Origin: Acanthaster planci
Taxonomy: Eukaryota
Length of the DNA stretch: 64,000 bases
Assembly: GCF_001949145.1 (NCBI RefSeq)
Contig: NW_019091357.1
Span: 3,744,228 to 3,808,227 of the forward strand
Direction of reading: 5' to 3'
Shown here: positions 1 through 13,719 of the stretch, one piece after another
Position numbering within the stretch: position 1 is the first letter of the stretch
How the letters are laid out: every line of letters begins with the position of its first letter
Notes under the pieces: model-generated
What the model was told of the DNA's origin: nothing
The model's database searches: none
The model's input: only the letters and a program-made list of their open reading frames with translations
Position numbers and translations under genes: made by a program

Positions 1-3000
1 GCGGGAAATGAGAAATAGCAAGTTTGACCAAAAAACTCTTACCTTCTTTCGAAGATAATTCTCTAACCTGTCCAGATATAGTAATGAAACTAACATCAGT
101 GGATAGAACAACATATTGTCTTTCAGATGACACCAGGACTAGCTCATTTAGGCACTTTTGGGAATTTTTAACCTGAGAAATATAGAGCCTACCCAAGGAA
201 ATGANNNNNNNNNNNNNNNNNNNNNNNNNNNNNNNNNNNNNNNNNCCAAGATAATTCTCTAACTCTCCACAATATGGTCATGGAACTTGTACCAGTGGAT
301 AGAGCAACTTAATCTCTTTCAGATGACACGACTGTTGGCTCATTTGGAAAATTGTGGGATTTTCTAACCTGAGATATATAGAGCCCACCCAACGTCCCAA
401 TGTGCACTACAGAAAAGGTGGGAAATGAGAAATAGCAATTTGACCAAAACAAACTCTTGCCTTCTTTCCAAGATAATTCTCTAACCTGTCCCGATATGGT
501 AATGAAACTTACATCAGTGGATAGAACAACATATTCTCTTTCAGATGACACCAGGACTAGCTCATTTGGACAATTTTGGGATTTTCTAACCTGAGATATA
601 TAGAGCCTACCCAAGGAAATGACGTGCAGCGTACAGGAAATGAGAAATAGCAAGCTTTACCAAGTCAAACTTTTGCCTTCTTTTCAATGTAATTCTCTAA
701 CCTGTGAAGATATGGCCATAAAACGTATACCAGTGGATAGAGCAACATATTCTCTTTCAGATGACACCACAGTTGGTTCATTTGGACAATTGTGGGGTTT
801 TCTAAGCTGAGATATATAGAGCCTGCCCAATCAAATAACGTGCAGCGTACAGGAAATGATAAATAGCAAGCTTTACCAAGTCAAACTCTTGCCTAATTTC
901 CAAGGTAATTCTCTAACACTCCACAATGCGGTCATGAAACCTGTACCAGTGGATAGAGCAACATAGTCTCTTTCAGATGACACGGCAGTTGGCTCATTTG
1001 GACAATTTTGGGATTTTCTAACCTGAGATATATAGAGCCTACCCAAGGAAATGACGTGCAACGTACGGGAAATGATAAATAGCAAGCTTTACCAAGTCAA
1101 ACTCTTGCCTTCTTTCCAAGATAATTCTCTAACCCTCCACAATATGGTCATGGAACTTTTACCAGTGGATAGAGCAACATATTCTCTTTCAGATGACACG
1201 ACAGTTGGCTCATTTGGACAATTGTTGGGTTTTCTAAGCTGAGATATATAGAGCCTGCCCAATCAAATGACGTGCAGCGTACAGGAAATGATAAATAGCA
1301 AGCTTTACCAAGTAAACTTTTTCCTTCTTTTTAAGGTAATTCTCTAACCTGTAAAGATATGGCCATAAAACGTATACAAATGGATACAGCAACATATTCT
1401 CTTTCAGATGACACCACAGTTGGGTCATTTGGACAGTTGTGGGGTTTTCTAACCTGAAATATATAGAGCCTACCAAAGGAAATGACGTGCAGCGTACGGG
1501 AAATGATAAATAGCAAGCTTTACCAAGTCAAATTTTTGCCTTCTTTCCAGGATAATTCTGTAACTCTCCACAATATGGTCATGGAACTTGTACCAGTGGA
1601 TAGAGCAACATAATCTCTTTCAGATGACACCACAGTTGGCTCATTTGGAAAATTGTGGGATTTTCTAACCTGAGATATATAGAGCCTACCCAACGTCCCA
1701 ATGTGCACTACAGAAAAGGCGGGAAATGAGAAATAGCAAGTTTGACCAAAACAAACTCTTGCCTTCTTTCCAAGATAATTCTCTAACCTGTCCCGATATG
1801 GTAATGAAACTTACAACAGTGGATAGAACAACATATTCTCTTTAAGATGACACCAGGACTAGCTCATTTGGACAATTTGGGGATTTCCTAACCTGAGATA
1901 TATAGAGCCTACCCAAGGAAATGACGTGCAGCGTGCGGGAAATGATAAATAGCAAGCTTTCCCAAGTCAAACTCTTGCCTTCTTCCCATGGTAAATCTCT
2001 AACCCTTCCAGATATGGTCATGAAACTTGTACCAGTGGTTAAACTAGTTATTCTCTTTGAGATGACACCAGGACTGGCTCATTTCGACAATTTTAGGACT
2101 TTCCAAGCTGAGATATATAAAGCTTATCCAAGGAAACAAAGTGCAGCGTACGGGAAATGATAAATAGCAAGCTTTACCAAGTCAAACTCTTGCCTTCTTT
2201 CCAAGATAATTCTCTAACCTGTCCANCTAACCTGTCCCGATATGGTAATGAAACTTACAACATTGGATAGAACAACATATTCTCTTTCAGATGAAACCAG
2301 GACTAGCTCATTTGGACAATTTGGGGATTTCCTAACCTGAGATATATAGAGCCTACCCAAGGAAATGACGTGCAGGGTACGGGAAATGATAAATAGCAAG
2401 CTTTCCCAAGTCAAACTCTTGCCTTCTTCCCATGGTAAATCTCTAACCCTTCCAGATATGGTCCTGAAACTTGTACCAGTGGTTAAACTAGTTATTCTCT
2501 TTGAGATGACACCAGGACTGGCTCATTTCGACAATTTTAGGACTTTCCAAGCTGAGATATATAAAGCTTATCCAAGGAAACAAAGTGCAGCGTACGGGAA
2601 ATGATAAATAGCAAGCCTTACCAAGTCAAACTCTTGCCTTCTTTCCAAGATAACTCTCTAACCTGTCCAGATATGGCCATGAAACGTATACCAGTGGATA
2701 AAGCAACATATTCTCTTTCAGATGATCACCAAGTGATAGAACAACAAATTTACTTTTAGATGACACCAGGACTAGCTCATTTGGACAATTTTGGGATTTT
2801 CTAAGCTGAGATATATAGAGCCTACCCAACGACGAAACGTTCAGCGTACAGTACAGACAATGTGGGAAATGAGAAAAAGCAAGTTTGACCAATTCAAACT
2901 CTTGCCTTCCTTCTAAGATAATTCTCTAACCTGTCCAGATATGGTCATGAAACCTGTACCAGTGGATAGAACCACAAATTTTCTTTCAGATGACACCAAG

Positions 3001-3785
3001 AGTAGCCCATTTGGACAATTTTGAAATTTTCTAAGCTGAGATATATAAGAGCCTACTCAAAGAAACGACTTGCAGCGTACGGAAAATGATAAATAGCAAG
3101 CTTTTCCAAGTCAAACTCTTGCCTTCTTTCCAAGATAATTCTCTAACTTGTTCAGATATGGCCATGAAATTTGTACCACTGGATAGAGCTACGTATTCTC
3201 TTTCAGATAACACCAGGACTGGCTCATTTTGATAATTTGGGGATTTTCTAAGCTGAGATATATAGAGCCTACCCAAGGAAACTACGTGCAGCGTACGGAA
3301 ACTGAGAAATAGCGAGCTTGACCAAGTCAAACTCTCGTCTTCTTTCCAAGAAAATTCTCTAACCTGTCAAGATGTGGTCTTGAAGCTTAAACCCATGGAT
3401 GGAAAAACATATTCTCTTTCGGATGATGTCACGATTGGCTCATTTGGACAATTTTTTGATTTTTTAAACTAAGACATATTGAGCCTACCCAACGAACAAC
3501 TTGCCGCGTACAGTACAGACAATGCAGAAAATGAGAAAATAGGAAGCGTGACCAAGTCAAATTTTTGCCTTCTTTGAAAAATAATTCTCCAACCTGTCAA
3601 GATATTGCCATTAAACTTGTACCAGTGGATAGAGCACTATGTTCTCTTTCAGCTGCCACGAGGATTAGCTCATTTGAACATAAATAGGAAGAGTGACCGA
3701 CTCAACCTCTTGCCTTCTTTCGAAGATAAGTTTAACTGTCAAAATATGGTCATTAAACTTGTTCCAGTGGATAGAGTCGTGTACC
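1..3785. repeat. Tandem satellite array, ~216-bp unit with 222-223-bp variants (homogeneous part; truncated at window start)
   Basis: The anchor word GTGGATAG or a close variant recurs at 295, 517, 733, 949, 1165, ~1380, 1596, 1819 and 2035 (spacing 215-216 or 222-223). Units share AACTCTTGCCTTCTTTCCAAGATAATTCTCTAACC, TCTCTTTCAGATGACAC and GAGATATATAGAGCCTACCC. No long ORF in any frame. Confidence 0.95.
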
Positions 3786-4339
3786 AGTAATCAATCAAGA
3801 GGGCAGTAACAGTGGAGGCCAAAGGTCATTAATATTTACACAAAGGATTCAAAGTGACAAGGACTGAGATATTAATGCAATGAAAACACAAACACAGATA
3901 CATGTACTGTGAAACGCAAAGATGGTAGATTATTTTAATACATATTATTTCTGAAATAAAAAAATGGTTATTCGCTTTTGCACTCTGCGTAGCCTCCACC
4001 ATAATCAGTTCATAATTTTTGTCAATATTAGGCATATTTTCATTAATTTCCTTTGGAATAATACTCCCCTCTATACGTCCCATAAAGTTCACACCCTTGA
4101 GGCAAAAAAGGCTGGATTTATTTCACAAAATCGGCTAAATGGGAATACAACTAGCACGAAAAAGGCCAGTCACAGCAAGGGAATGACCAAATGATGCCCG
4201 ATGCTTGTCAACGCACGGCGGGTCAATAAAATGGGCTGGCTCCGCATGTTTGCGGTACTACAAAGGACCGTCACCTCTGGTAGCCGCTTTGTACGGCGCT
4301 GTGGTTGCCATCCGACTTGTTCAGCTACCGAGATGATAT

Positions 4340-5000
4340 ATCCTAGAAAGTCGACTTATTAAGCGTATTTAGTAGATTTAACGAGATAAATGATGTAGTT
4401 AAGTCCATTTCATAATTATAGTAAGTCGACATCGCTAGATATTCTATGACATCAAGCCTGCTTCTGGAGTGGAGGCAAGAAAATACGCTGCAGGTCACGT
4501 TCACTTATGAGTAGTCAGTTCATGCCTGGATTTTGTACAGTTGATGACAAGAATTATCTCGCCAAGTCGACAGGGGCCTACTGGAATGATGAAGTCAACT
4601 TACAGCATAATTTGTATCGCCAAGTCCACACAGCGAATTTTAGAAGCAGACTCATTGACAAAGATTGTGTTTTCAAGTCGAGCTAGCAGAATTAGGAAGT
4701 TGGATTGACTACATAAATTTTCTTGCCAATTCGTCTTCCCACAATTGTAAAGTCGACTCAACAACGTAAATTATCTCGACGAGTTGACATCGCAAAATTC
4801 CCAAAGCAGACTTGATGACATAAGTTATCTCGCCAAGTCGTCTCACCAAATAAGGGAGTCGACTTAACTACATACAAAATCTCGCCAAGTTGACATAGGG
4901 AATTCCGAAAGTAGACTTAATGTCATGAAGTATATCGCAAGGTCATCTTACTGGAATTAGGAAGTCGACTTGACTACATACTTTATCTCATTAAATTGAC
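4340..5000. repeat. Degenerate ~53-bp minisatellite built on AAGTCGACT words
   Basis: CTCGCCAAGT-like anchors at about 4558, 4616, 4670, 4722, 4775, 4829, 4881, 4935 and 4987, each followed by a second AAGTCGACT/AAGYAGACT word. Confidence 0.75.
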
Positions 5001-5199
5001 TAAATAAGTTTTAGCTGTCTACTTTCACGCGCTACGAAGACTTCTTGAAGTGAAATCCAAATTTTTGCTGCCTGAAAATTGCGGTTTTTTGAAAATGCTT
5101 TTGGCAAAGTCCAAAATCACGAAACTCTTCTTGCAGAATAAGAGAAAATGGTGTTGTCCACTTTTGACGCTCCATAGCCTATCATACAAACGTGGAAGA

Positions 5200-8100
5200 C
5201 TTAAACGTTTGGCTTTTCTATATCCTGGGATATAAAGAGCCTACACCGACTACCACAGACTGCAGCGTACACTACAGGCAAAGGGGAAAAGGTTAAAATA
5301 GGAAGTGTTATCAATTCAAACTCTTGCCTTCTTTCTGGGATAATTCAATAACCCGTCAACATATGGTGGTGGAATCTGTGCCAGAGGATAAAGAAACATA
5401 TTCCCTCTCAGATGACACCACGGTTGGCTCATTTGGACATTTTTCAGATTTCTAAGCTTGGATGTGTTGAAAAAACATGACTCCCCAAACCCTTCTAACA
5501 TACAGACAAGGGGGAACATGCGAAAATAGGAAGCTTTACTGACCAACCACTCTTGCATTCTTCGCTTTTAATTTCCAACCTGTCTAAATATTGCAATAAT
5601 ACTTATTCGTTAGTAATTCTTTAAACCTACATCAGTAGAAAGAAGATTATATGCCCCTTCCTATGCCATTGTTGCGTGGAAATAGGTCATGTAAAGTTTG
5701 GACAAAAGAAGTGCACCAAAATACGAATCACATGGGTAACAACTCTCGACTTCTTCCACAGATATTTTCCTAACTACAGCACGTATGGATATCAACCTTA
5801 CGTTAATGGACAGAGGGACACGTGCCCTGTCATATGCCACCGTGATTGCTAGATTTGCACAATATTCTGACCTCATATGCTGTGTTATAGAGAGCCATCC
5901 TTGCTCGTCAATAGGCCTGTAAGGTGTGGACAATGGAATTGCACCTAAATACGAAGCAAGTAGGGCAATATCTCTCTGCATTTTCCATGGATATGTCCCT
6001 AACTACATCAAATAGGTATAAGAAACTTAAGTCAGCGGACAAAGAAACGTATTCCATTTCCTCCAATGCCGTCACGATTGCCAGATTTAGGCAGTATTCT
6101 GATTTTTATGCTGGGATATAGGCAGTTATCCTTGCGCGTAAACATGGCTTGTAAGGGGTGGAGAAAAGGAACTGCACCGAAACACGAAGCAGCAGGGCAA
6201 CAACTCCCTTGGTGGATATATCCATTACTACAGAAAAATGTAAATTTGAAAGTTACATCACTGGACAGAGGAACGTGTGTTTTTTTTTCTGTTGAGACCA
6301 CAATTTCCAGATTGGACCAATCTTTGCTGAGATATTGGGAGCCATCCTTCTGCGTTAATAGGCCCTGTAAAGTGGGGACGAAAATAATTCGACCGGAATA
6401 CGAAGCGGAGTTGCAACAGTTAGCGACTTTTTTTGGAGATATTCCTAACTACAGCAAATACGAATATGAAACTTACATCAATGGACAGAAGAACATATGC
6501 CCCGATCGATGCCATCAAAATTGCCACATTTGAACGACATTCTGACTCTCTGGGCTGGATATAGGCGGACGTCCTTGCACGGTAAAAATCCCTATAAAGT
6601 GTGGACAAATGAAGAGAACCAAAATACGAAGCAGTAGAGCAACAATTTTCAACTTTTCCCGGGGCCATTTCCCTACTTACAGAGAACAAATATATGAAAC
6701 GTACATCAACGAGGAGAGGAACATGTGCTCTCCGTCGCCACAACCGTTGCCAAAATTGAACGTTCTATACTAGGATAGAGGGAACAATCCTTTCGTGTTA
6801 ACCGGCCCTTTAGGAACAAAAAATTTCACCAGTTTTCAAAGCAGCACGGCATAGCTCCCGACTTTTTCTGCAAATACATGTATTTTATTAACTACAGCAA
6901 ATATATATGAAACTTACATCGATGGCCAGAGAAACATGTGGTCTTGACGATGCTTCAACGATTGCCAAATTTAACAATAGCGTGACTCTTTATTCTGGGA
7001 TACAGGCAACCATCCTTGCGCGGGGAGAGGACCAGTAACCTGTGGACAAAGGGAGACTTGCAAAAACAGGAGCAAGTAGTAGGACAAGAAGTCATGTATT
7101 CTTTGAAAATTACTTCCCCTAATGCAGCAAGTATTGATATGGAACTTACATAAATGGGTAGAGGAACACATGTACTCTCAGATGCCAACATGACGGCCAG
7201 ATTTGTACAATTTTCCGACCGTATACGCCCAGATATATGGAGCCACTTTTCTGTAGGAAGCGGACCGATAAAATGTTGACAAAGGAAAAACTGTTAAAAA
7301 AAAGCGACAAGTACAGATACTCTTGCCTTATCTTTAGATAACTAGAGCAAATATGGATATGAAACTTTCATCAATGGGCAGATGAACATGTGCTCTTTCT
7401 CGGGACACCAAGATTGCCAGATTTCAACAAAAAAGACATTGTGCGGGAAGAGGACCGGTAACCTGTGCTGAAAGGGAGAATTGCAAAATAAGAACAAGTA
7501 GTAGGACTCGTGTCTTGTTCGAAAGATATTTCCCTAGCTAAAGCAAGTCTGGATATGAAACTTATATAAATAGATAGAGGAGTGTGCGCCCTCTCAAACG
7601 CTTACAAGATTGCCAGATTTGCAAACTTTTAGACCTTTTATTCTCAAATATATAGAGCCATCTTTTAGCAGGGAAAGATCGGGAGAAATAAACAGAAATA
7701 GGAGGCAGAACTTTTTCCTTCTCTTACAGATATTTCCCTAACCACAGCGAATATAAAGATGAAACTTATATTAGTGGATAGATTAACATGTGTTTTCTTA
7801 AATTTCATCATGCAGGTTAGATTTAGACAATTTCCAGAGCATCAATGCTCGAATACACAGAGCAATCGTTGCACGGGGAGAGGACCCAAAAAGAGTGGGA
7901 AAAGGGACAACTGCACAAAAAGACCGAAGGAAGGACAAGAACTCTTGCCTTCTTTCACAGATATTTCCCCAACTACAGCAAATATGGCTACGAACCTTAA
8001 ATTAATGGACAGAGAAAAATATGCACTTTCCGATGTCAACTCAATGCCAGATTTGAACAATTCTCTGACTTTTTATCCTTGCGCGGTAACATGGGGACAA

Positions 8101-9420
8101 AAGGAAAATTGCAGAAAAATAGCACTCAATAGGACAAGAACTCTTGCCTTCTTTGGAAGATATTACCCTAACCACAGCAAATACGGAAATGAAACTTAAA
8201 TCAATGGATAGATTAACGGGTGCCCTTTCAGAGGGCATCGCAAATACCAGATTTGGACAGTATTCACGACTTCTATGCATGAATATATGAAACCATCTTT
8301 GCGAGGGAAGAGGACCGCCAACCTGTTGACAGGGAGAATTGCAGAAAAGTAGCAAGCAATAGGTCAAGAGTTCTTGCCGTCGTTTGCAGATATTATCCTA
8401 ACTACAGTGAATTTTGCAGATGAAACACACAAAAATTGATAGATAAAGGTGAACCCTCTCAGATGACATTTGGTCGCCAGATTTACGCAATTTTCATATT
8501 GTTTTGTGCTCGAATAGAAGGAGCCATCCTTTGGTTGGAAGAGACCGAGTAAGGTGAGACAGAAGCATATACACAGATGTTTTACAAGGATGGACAGCAG
8601 CTCTGGTGTTCTTTCTTGGGTATTTCCCTAACTACAATTAATATAGAGGTGAAACTTACATCTGTGGATAGAGAAACCTGGTGCTCTTTCAGATGACACT
8701 ACGACTGCTGGACAATATTGAGAGGTTTTATGTTCGAATACAGGAAGGCTTCGTCGTGCTATAAGGTGCGAACAAAAGCTGCATTACACTGAAATACTAA
8801 GCACGTTAATATTTCCCTGTTGTGCGTGCACGGGGAATGCAAAAATTGCAAGCATGAGTGACCAGAGCTTTGACTTTTTAAGGGTATCTCTCCTTTCAAA
8901 TGTCAAAGTGAAACTTGTACCTGTAATTAGAAACATGTATCAATATATAAACATGTACCTTTTCCGATGACATGAAGGTTTGCACCTTTTCAAGACTTTT
9001 GAAGCTCAGATAGAGAAACTAAACTTTGGTAAAGAGAAAATCACACTGTGAAACGTGCAAATACATCGGGAAGTGCAAAAATAGAAAGCACGACTGACCA
9101 CATCTTTAAATCTTATTCGAAGAACCTCCTCTCCAACCTTTAAAATATGGAAATGAAAGACTGTACCCGTGGATAGAAGAATCATGTGTTCTATTGGAAG
9201 ACACCAAGATGGGCTGACTTGGAACATTTTCAGAATGTTTAGGCTCAGAAATAGACACCCAATAGAAAACAAACCATACGTAAAGTGCCATTACATCGGG
9301 AAAGGCAAAAATAGGAGGAGTGAATCACCAAACCATAAATTTTCCTTCGATTTTATTTCTCTAACGTCTTGAAATATAGGTGGAACATGTACCATTTAAC
9401 GGAGAAACAAGCGCCCTTTA
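5200..9420. repeat. Highly diverged continuation of the 216-bp satellite
   Basis: Remnants of the same unit (GAAACTTACATCAATGGA[CT]AGA, CTCTCAGATG[AC]CA, ACTCTTGCCTTCTTT, TTTCCCTAACTACAGCAAATA) recur about every 200-230 bp. Confidence 0.8.
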
Positions 9421-11257
9421 GGTTGTCATCACCATATACTTACTTTTTATTTTCTCCGACTCCATTGAGAACTGTTCAAAAGCCTTCTTTTAGGTAATTC
9501 ATTTTATTTTTTCTTTGGCGGAAAATGCAACTTTTCCCTCTAAAGCCAAACGCTTCAGACTCCCTTACCATTGATTAGAATCAATTAGAAGGTCTAGGGC
9601 AACGGAAATTTTGAGCAAAGATTGCTGTCAGAACTCTTCCCCATTTATTTTACATGAGAATCTTTCTTAAGTACATTTCTTAAATCTTTTGCTTTACATT
9701 TTCAGTTGATAGGTAAGACATAAAATAGATGTGTACTCACCACCTAGTCGGACGAAAGCTGATTCTAGAAGGGGAATACAACATCTCGAAGATTTAACTC
9801 TTCATATCCCCATCGCAATGGATAAAGAACACGAAAATCTCTGGAAATAATTATTCCATTGTGTTCAGAATTATGTAAATTCTTGGCACCATTTGTCACT
9901 TTCGGATACATCTGAATAAAACCGGTAAAAAAGGCAGAAAGAAGGCCATCCGTGAATACTTCAAGTTACCAAACAGTACCAACAACGTCTAACACAGAAA
10001 ACTCAGAACTTTCCTCCCGTTTTGAATGAAAATCTCCAAATGCAAGTTTTAAAAGAAAAGGCTGTGCCAAGCATATTCTTAACATTGTTGGATAGTTATT
10101 TTCGAAAATGTTGCTGTTCCAAACTGACTTTGCCAGAGGTTCCTTTTTGACGAGTAGTATCAGTAGGTGTAGCTTGCTCAACACAAAGTGGAAGAAATCC
10201 TTAAACTAAACAGTGCCTGCAACATGTTTGGTTGGTTGGAGCAGCCGCTCGACCCTCCTCGAACATGGGTATTCCAGCCAAACTGCTAGGATCGCTAAGT
10301 GCCGTGGATCATCCTCCACCCACTCTAGGGATTGCAGAGTTGGGCGGCCATTCGGATAGAACCTGACTCTGCCTTGCTGAAAAGTGCCACCTTTTAGCTG
10401 ACTGTGCAGAAGTTGGCAGACATGACCACAACACCTGAGCCATCCGATCGTAGGGATGATGTGCATGCTAGCTTACCTGTATGGAGGAAGCACCTCGGCG
10501 TGGCAACACTTAGACTTGCTGTGTAGCGTACAAAGCACAGGAGTGGCACGTGAACAATGCATAGGAATTGCAGATATGCCGGAATGTGCAGGCTGGGTGT
10601 GTCAAGGCAAACACACCAACGAGGGCTGCGTTCTAGTGAAATTTCTGCAACACACTTTCTGTATCTCTACATGGTGCTTCAGGTGATTTGCAAAATAATG
10701 TCTCTCTATAAAGAACAGCCCAAGTGGTACTGGTAATAATTGCCGTGAGGGTGTCTGTTGGAAAACATTACCGTCCGCTACAGAAACCCAGGCTTTGTTC
10801 TGTTCTTTCTTTCCCAGATATTTCCGTGATAACAAAAAATCTGGACATAAAGCTCGCTGTTTGGAGAAATCAATAAGTGCCTTGCCAAGACACCGCAATT
10901 GCAGATTTGGATAAGTTCACAACTTCTGTACTTGCGTTTCGAAATCCAACCTTAAGCATAGTCTCAGTAAAGTGTGGATATATGGAGAACTGAAAATAGG
11001 AACCAGTGTGACAATGCTTTCCTTTTCACGCTCCGTGTGGCACTTGAATCAAAATGTCCAAAAACAGTTTGTTTTGCTTCTTCCATCTCGAGAGCCCAAA
11101 AAGTGAATCACGAATGAAACCACTACCCACAATAGATCCTGCTCCATCAGTATTGCTGTTAGTTTCGACGACGGATTTCTTCAGTTTCAACAAGCATTTA
11201 TTTTATCCTCTAATTGCGACGCACTGGGATCGTTAAAAGAGAGTCGTAAAACGAAAG

Positions 11258-11327
11258 AGAGGATTCGAACCTAGCACGGAGGATTTCAAGTCGGACTAAC
11301 TCCCGACCAATCTGGCTGCTAAACTCC
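11258..11327 (-). mobile_element. tRNA-derived SINE head or tRNA pseudogene
   Basis: The minus strand has an A-box-like TAGCAGCCAGATTGG, an anticodon-loop-like GACTTGAAATC and a perfect B box GGTTCGAATCC, but no intact cloverleaf. Confidence 0.4.
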
Positions 11328-13719
11328 AGTGAATTAAAATCGTTATACATTATTATATAACCGCTCCTACAGCCATAGACGGAATTATGAATAATGCACA
11401 CGCACAGAGGGCGCCCTCTTTCAAAACTGCTGGATCTTGCTTTAGGAAAAAAATACGTGCCCTGAACATCTTTGCAGGATTTGCTTTTTTTTTTAAGCTT
11501 CTGGTTAGCATCAAGGTTGGCATTCTAGGCTACCCCCTAGTGGTGAGACGGGCCGGAGGGGTAGGTACATCTTCCAGTGATAGAAGATAAGGCACCAATT
11601 ATGCCCCCCCCCAGTCGGAGACCCGATGTGCAAGCAAAATAATATTTATTTTAATTCTTCATTCACGGCGTTCATCTCAGCTCTTTATCACTGGAGCATT
11701 TCACATCAAAACACCCCCATGCGATGAAAAGACAAGGGCATTTCAGCCAAATATGTAGCCATTGCAAAAAGTAACAAATAGAGGTAAAAGGCGACATGAT
11801 AAACAACATTCCCATCAGCATAACTACAAGTATTGTGGAACTGCAGCATGTATTGATACATGGGAATGAACACTGCATTATGTGTAGAAAGCTTACTCTG
11901 AATTTGTAAGTAATCATGGAAATCAAAGTTCGTCATGCCCCGACGATGCAAAGTACACATTGCCGGCAAGTAGGCTGTTCGAACAGCACGTATGTCACCA
12001 AGGTGGCCTACAATGCACATCCAGTACAGCGTTAATGCGACGTGACATATCTTGTTTGTGGCTAATGTATTCAACACAGCAAACTATTGTAAAATAGTCC
12101 AACAAATATTAAAAAATCACTCCTAAAATTATTTTAAAAACCTATCCTCCCATAGTATAAGATTAACCAATATGCTCTGTGGTGATCAGCGGTCACGATG
12201 GTATCAGTCCAGTGATGGTACACGACCAAAAAAAGTACTAAGAGCGATGAGCTTGGAGTAAACTTTCTAAGCTGAATGTTTCCCAAAGACCGCAAAGTGG
12301 AAAGTTCTCATACAGCTGCACAACGCTCACGTTGTCGTTTTAACGTTTTCAGCCTTACGTGACATGCCCCCTTGATTTTATTTGCAGTTATCTTTGTAAA
12401 AGTCGTCAAACAAGAAACAAGAAATTGCACAAGGAATAAGACAACTACCACGACCTCCGCCACCACATAATGACTACAACAAAATTATACTCTGTTGCAA
12501 AAGTCATTAGGCAAGCTTGTACAATAGCTCAATCTACAATCAAAGTAAGTCGCCCTGCAGTGATTAGCCCTGGCATCTTTACCTATAAGAAAAGTTCACT
12601 TACGAAATGTACACTGACAGGGTACTAGACAAGATGACAAACGCCTGGATTCTTAGTGCATAACAATTGGCCTCTTCCTGTAGTTTTTCTGCATACTCAC
12701 AGACTTTCTGTTTGATCTAGTCTAGGATTTAGCCAGAAAAAAAAATTGACGATCCCGTTAACAGCCGTAAACCACTGCTGATATCGCTTTTCTGTTATAA
12801 CCAAATGCAGAAAAAATGAAACCTCCACAGGACACACTGTGTTTAAGGTTAAGGCAATATGCCCTGACATAAATTGCAACAATTTGGACTTTTCAATATC
12901 CCCCTCATAATTTTTTGACTGCTCCTGAAGTTAGATTTGAGGTAAGGAAACTGCCCCCCAAAAGATGCTCTTGAAAATATGAAATGACCGCTCTCGTAAA
13001 TAAGAGAGAGATTACACAAGGGGGCTCTTGTAAGGGGTCAATTACACTGGGTTTTATTTGGCATCGGTTTACACAACGGTGCTTGTAACACACTAGTAAA
13101 CCTGCGTGCGTAAACCTATGTACATACACAAATTAAAGCATAAGTTTTAAAGAACGCAAAGGCTGACTACGCCCCAAGTGTAAAAATGAAGCGTTTGTTT
13201 GTGCCCATGAATTTGCTTGTACTGCGGTAGGGGACGTGCATTTTGAAAGGTTACTGGTCCCCAAATGCATTTTTTTTTTGTGCTTCAACTTGCATTAAAA
13301 AATCACGCAGCTTAATTTCATCAACATTGACCTAATGCTAGTGTTTTGTTTTGTTTTGTTTTTTTGTCTAAGCTAGATTAGAAATAAGGTGTGTGATATC
13401 CTACGTTGGTATATTCACTTCACAACGCACAAGTTATTTAGCGGGGGGGCTGCGGCTTGTACCCATATCATATGCATCTTTTCATGACAAGATACGCATT
13501 TGGACTACTTGGTAGAAATTGACTTGTGTACTTTGTTCATTCTAATCTTGCTTTCATAAGTGTTTGCTCTGGAGTGCACCCGTATCTGAGCTTGTACTTC
13601 ATCACTGTTTATCATTTTAGACATATGCAATATTTGTAGTAGTTATTCCTGGTCGTCACATGACACTGTCACGGGTGCGGATGAGCTGAAGCTCAGCGGT
13701 GTCAGACGTATACATCAAC

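Noticed and set aside
1783..2660. Near-exact two-unit duplication either side of the single N at 2226
   Set aside because: Probably an unmerged contig overlap or haplotype join rather than biology.
309..3330. Repeated ORFs in the 216-bp array (72-codon period)
   Set aside because: Stops recur in every frame and unit-length variants (215, 223) break frame; no domain recognised.
4340..5000. CRISPR-like repeat-spacer appearance
   Set aside because: Repeats are degenerate, the spacers resemble each other, there are no cas genes and the context is eukaryotic.
10206..10900. Cys/His-rich minus-strand ORFs with a strong donor CAG|GTAAGC near 10476
   Set aside because: No continuous frame or recognisable domain; may be a decayed element or non-coding exon.
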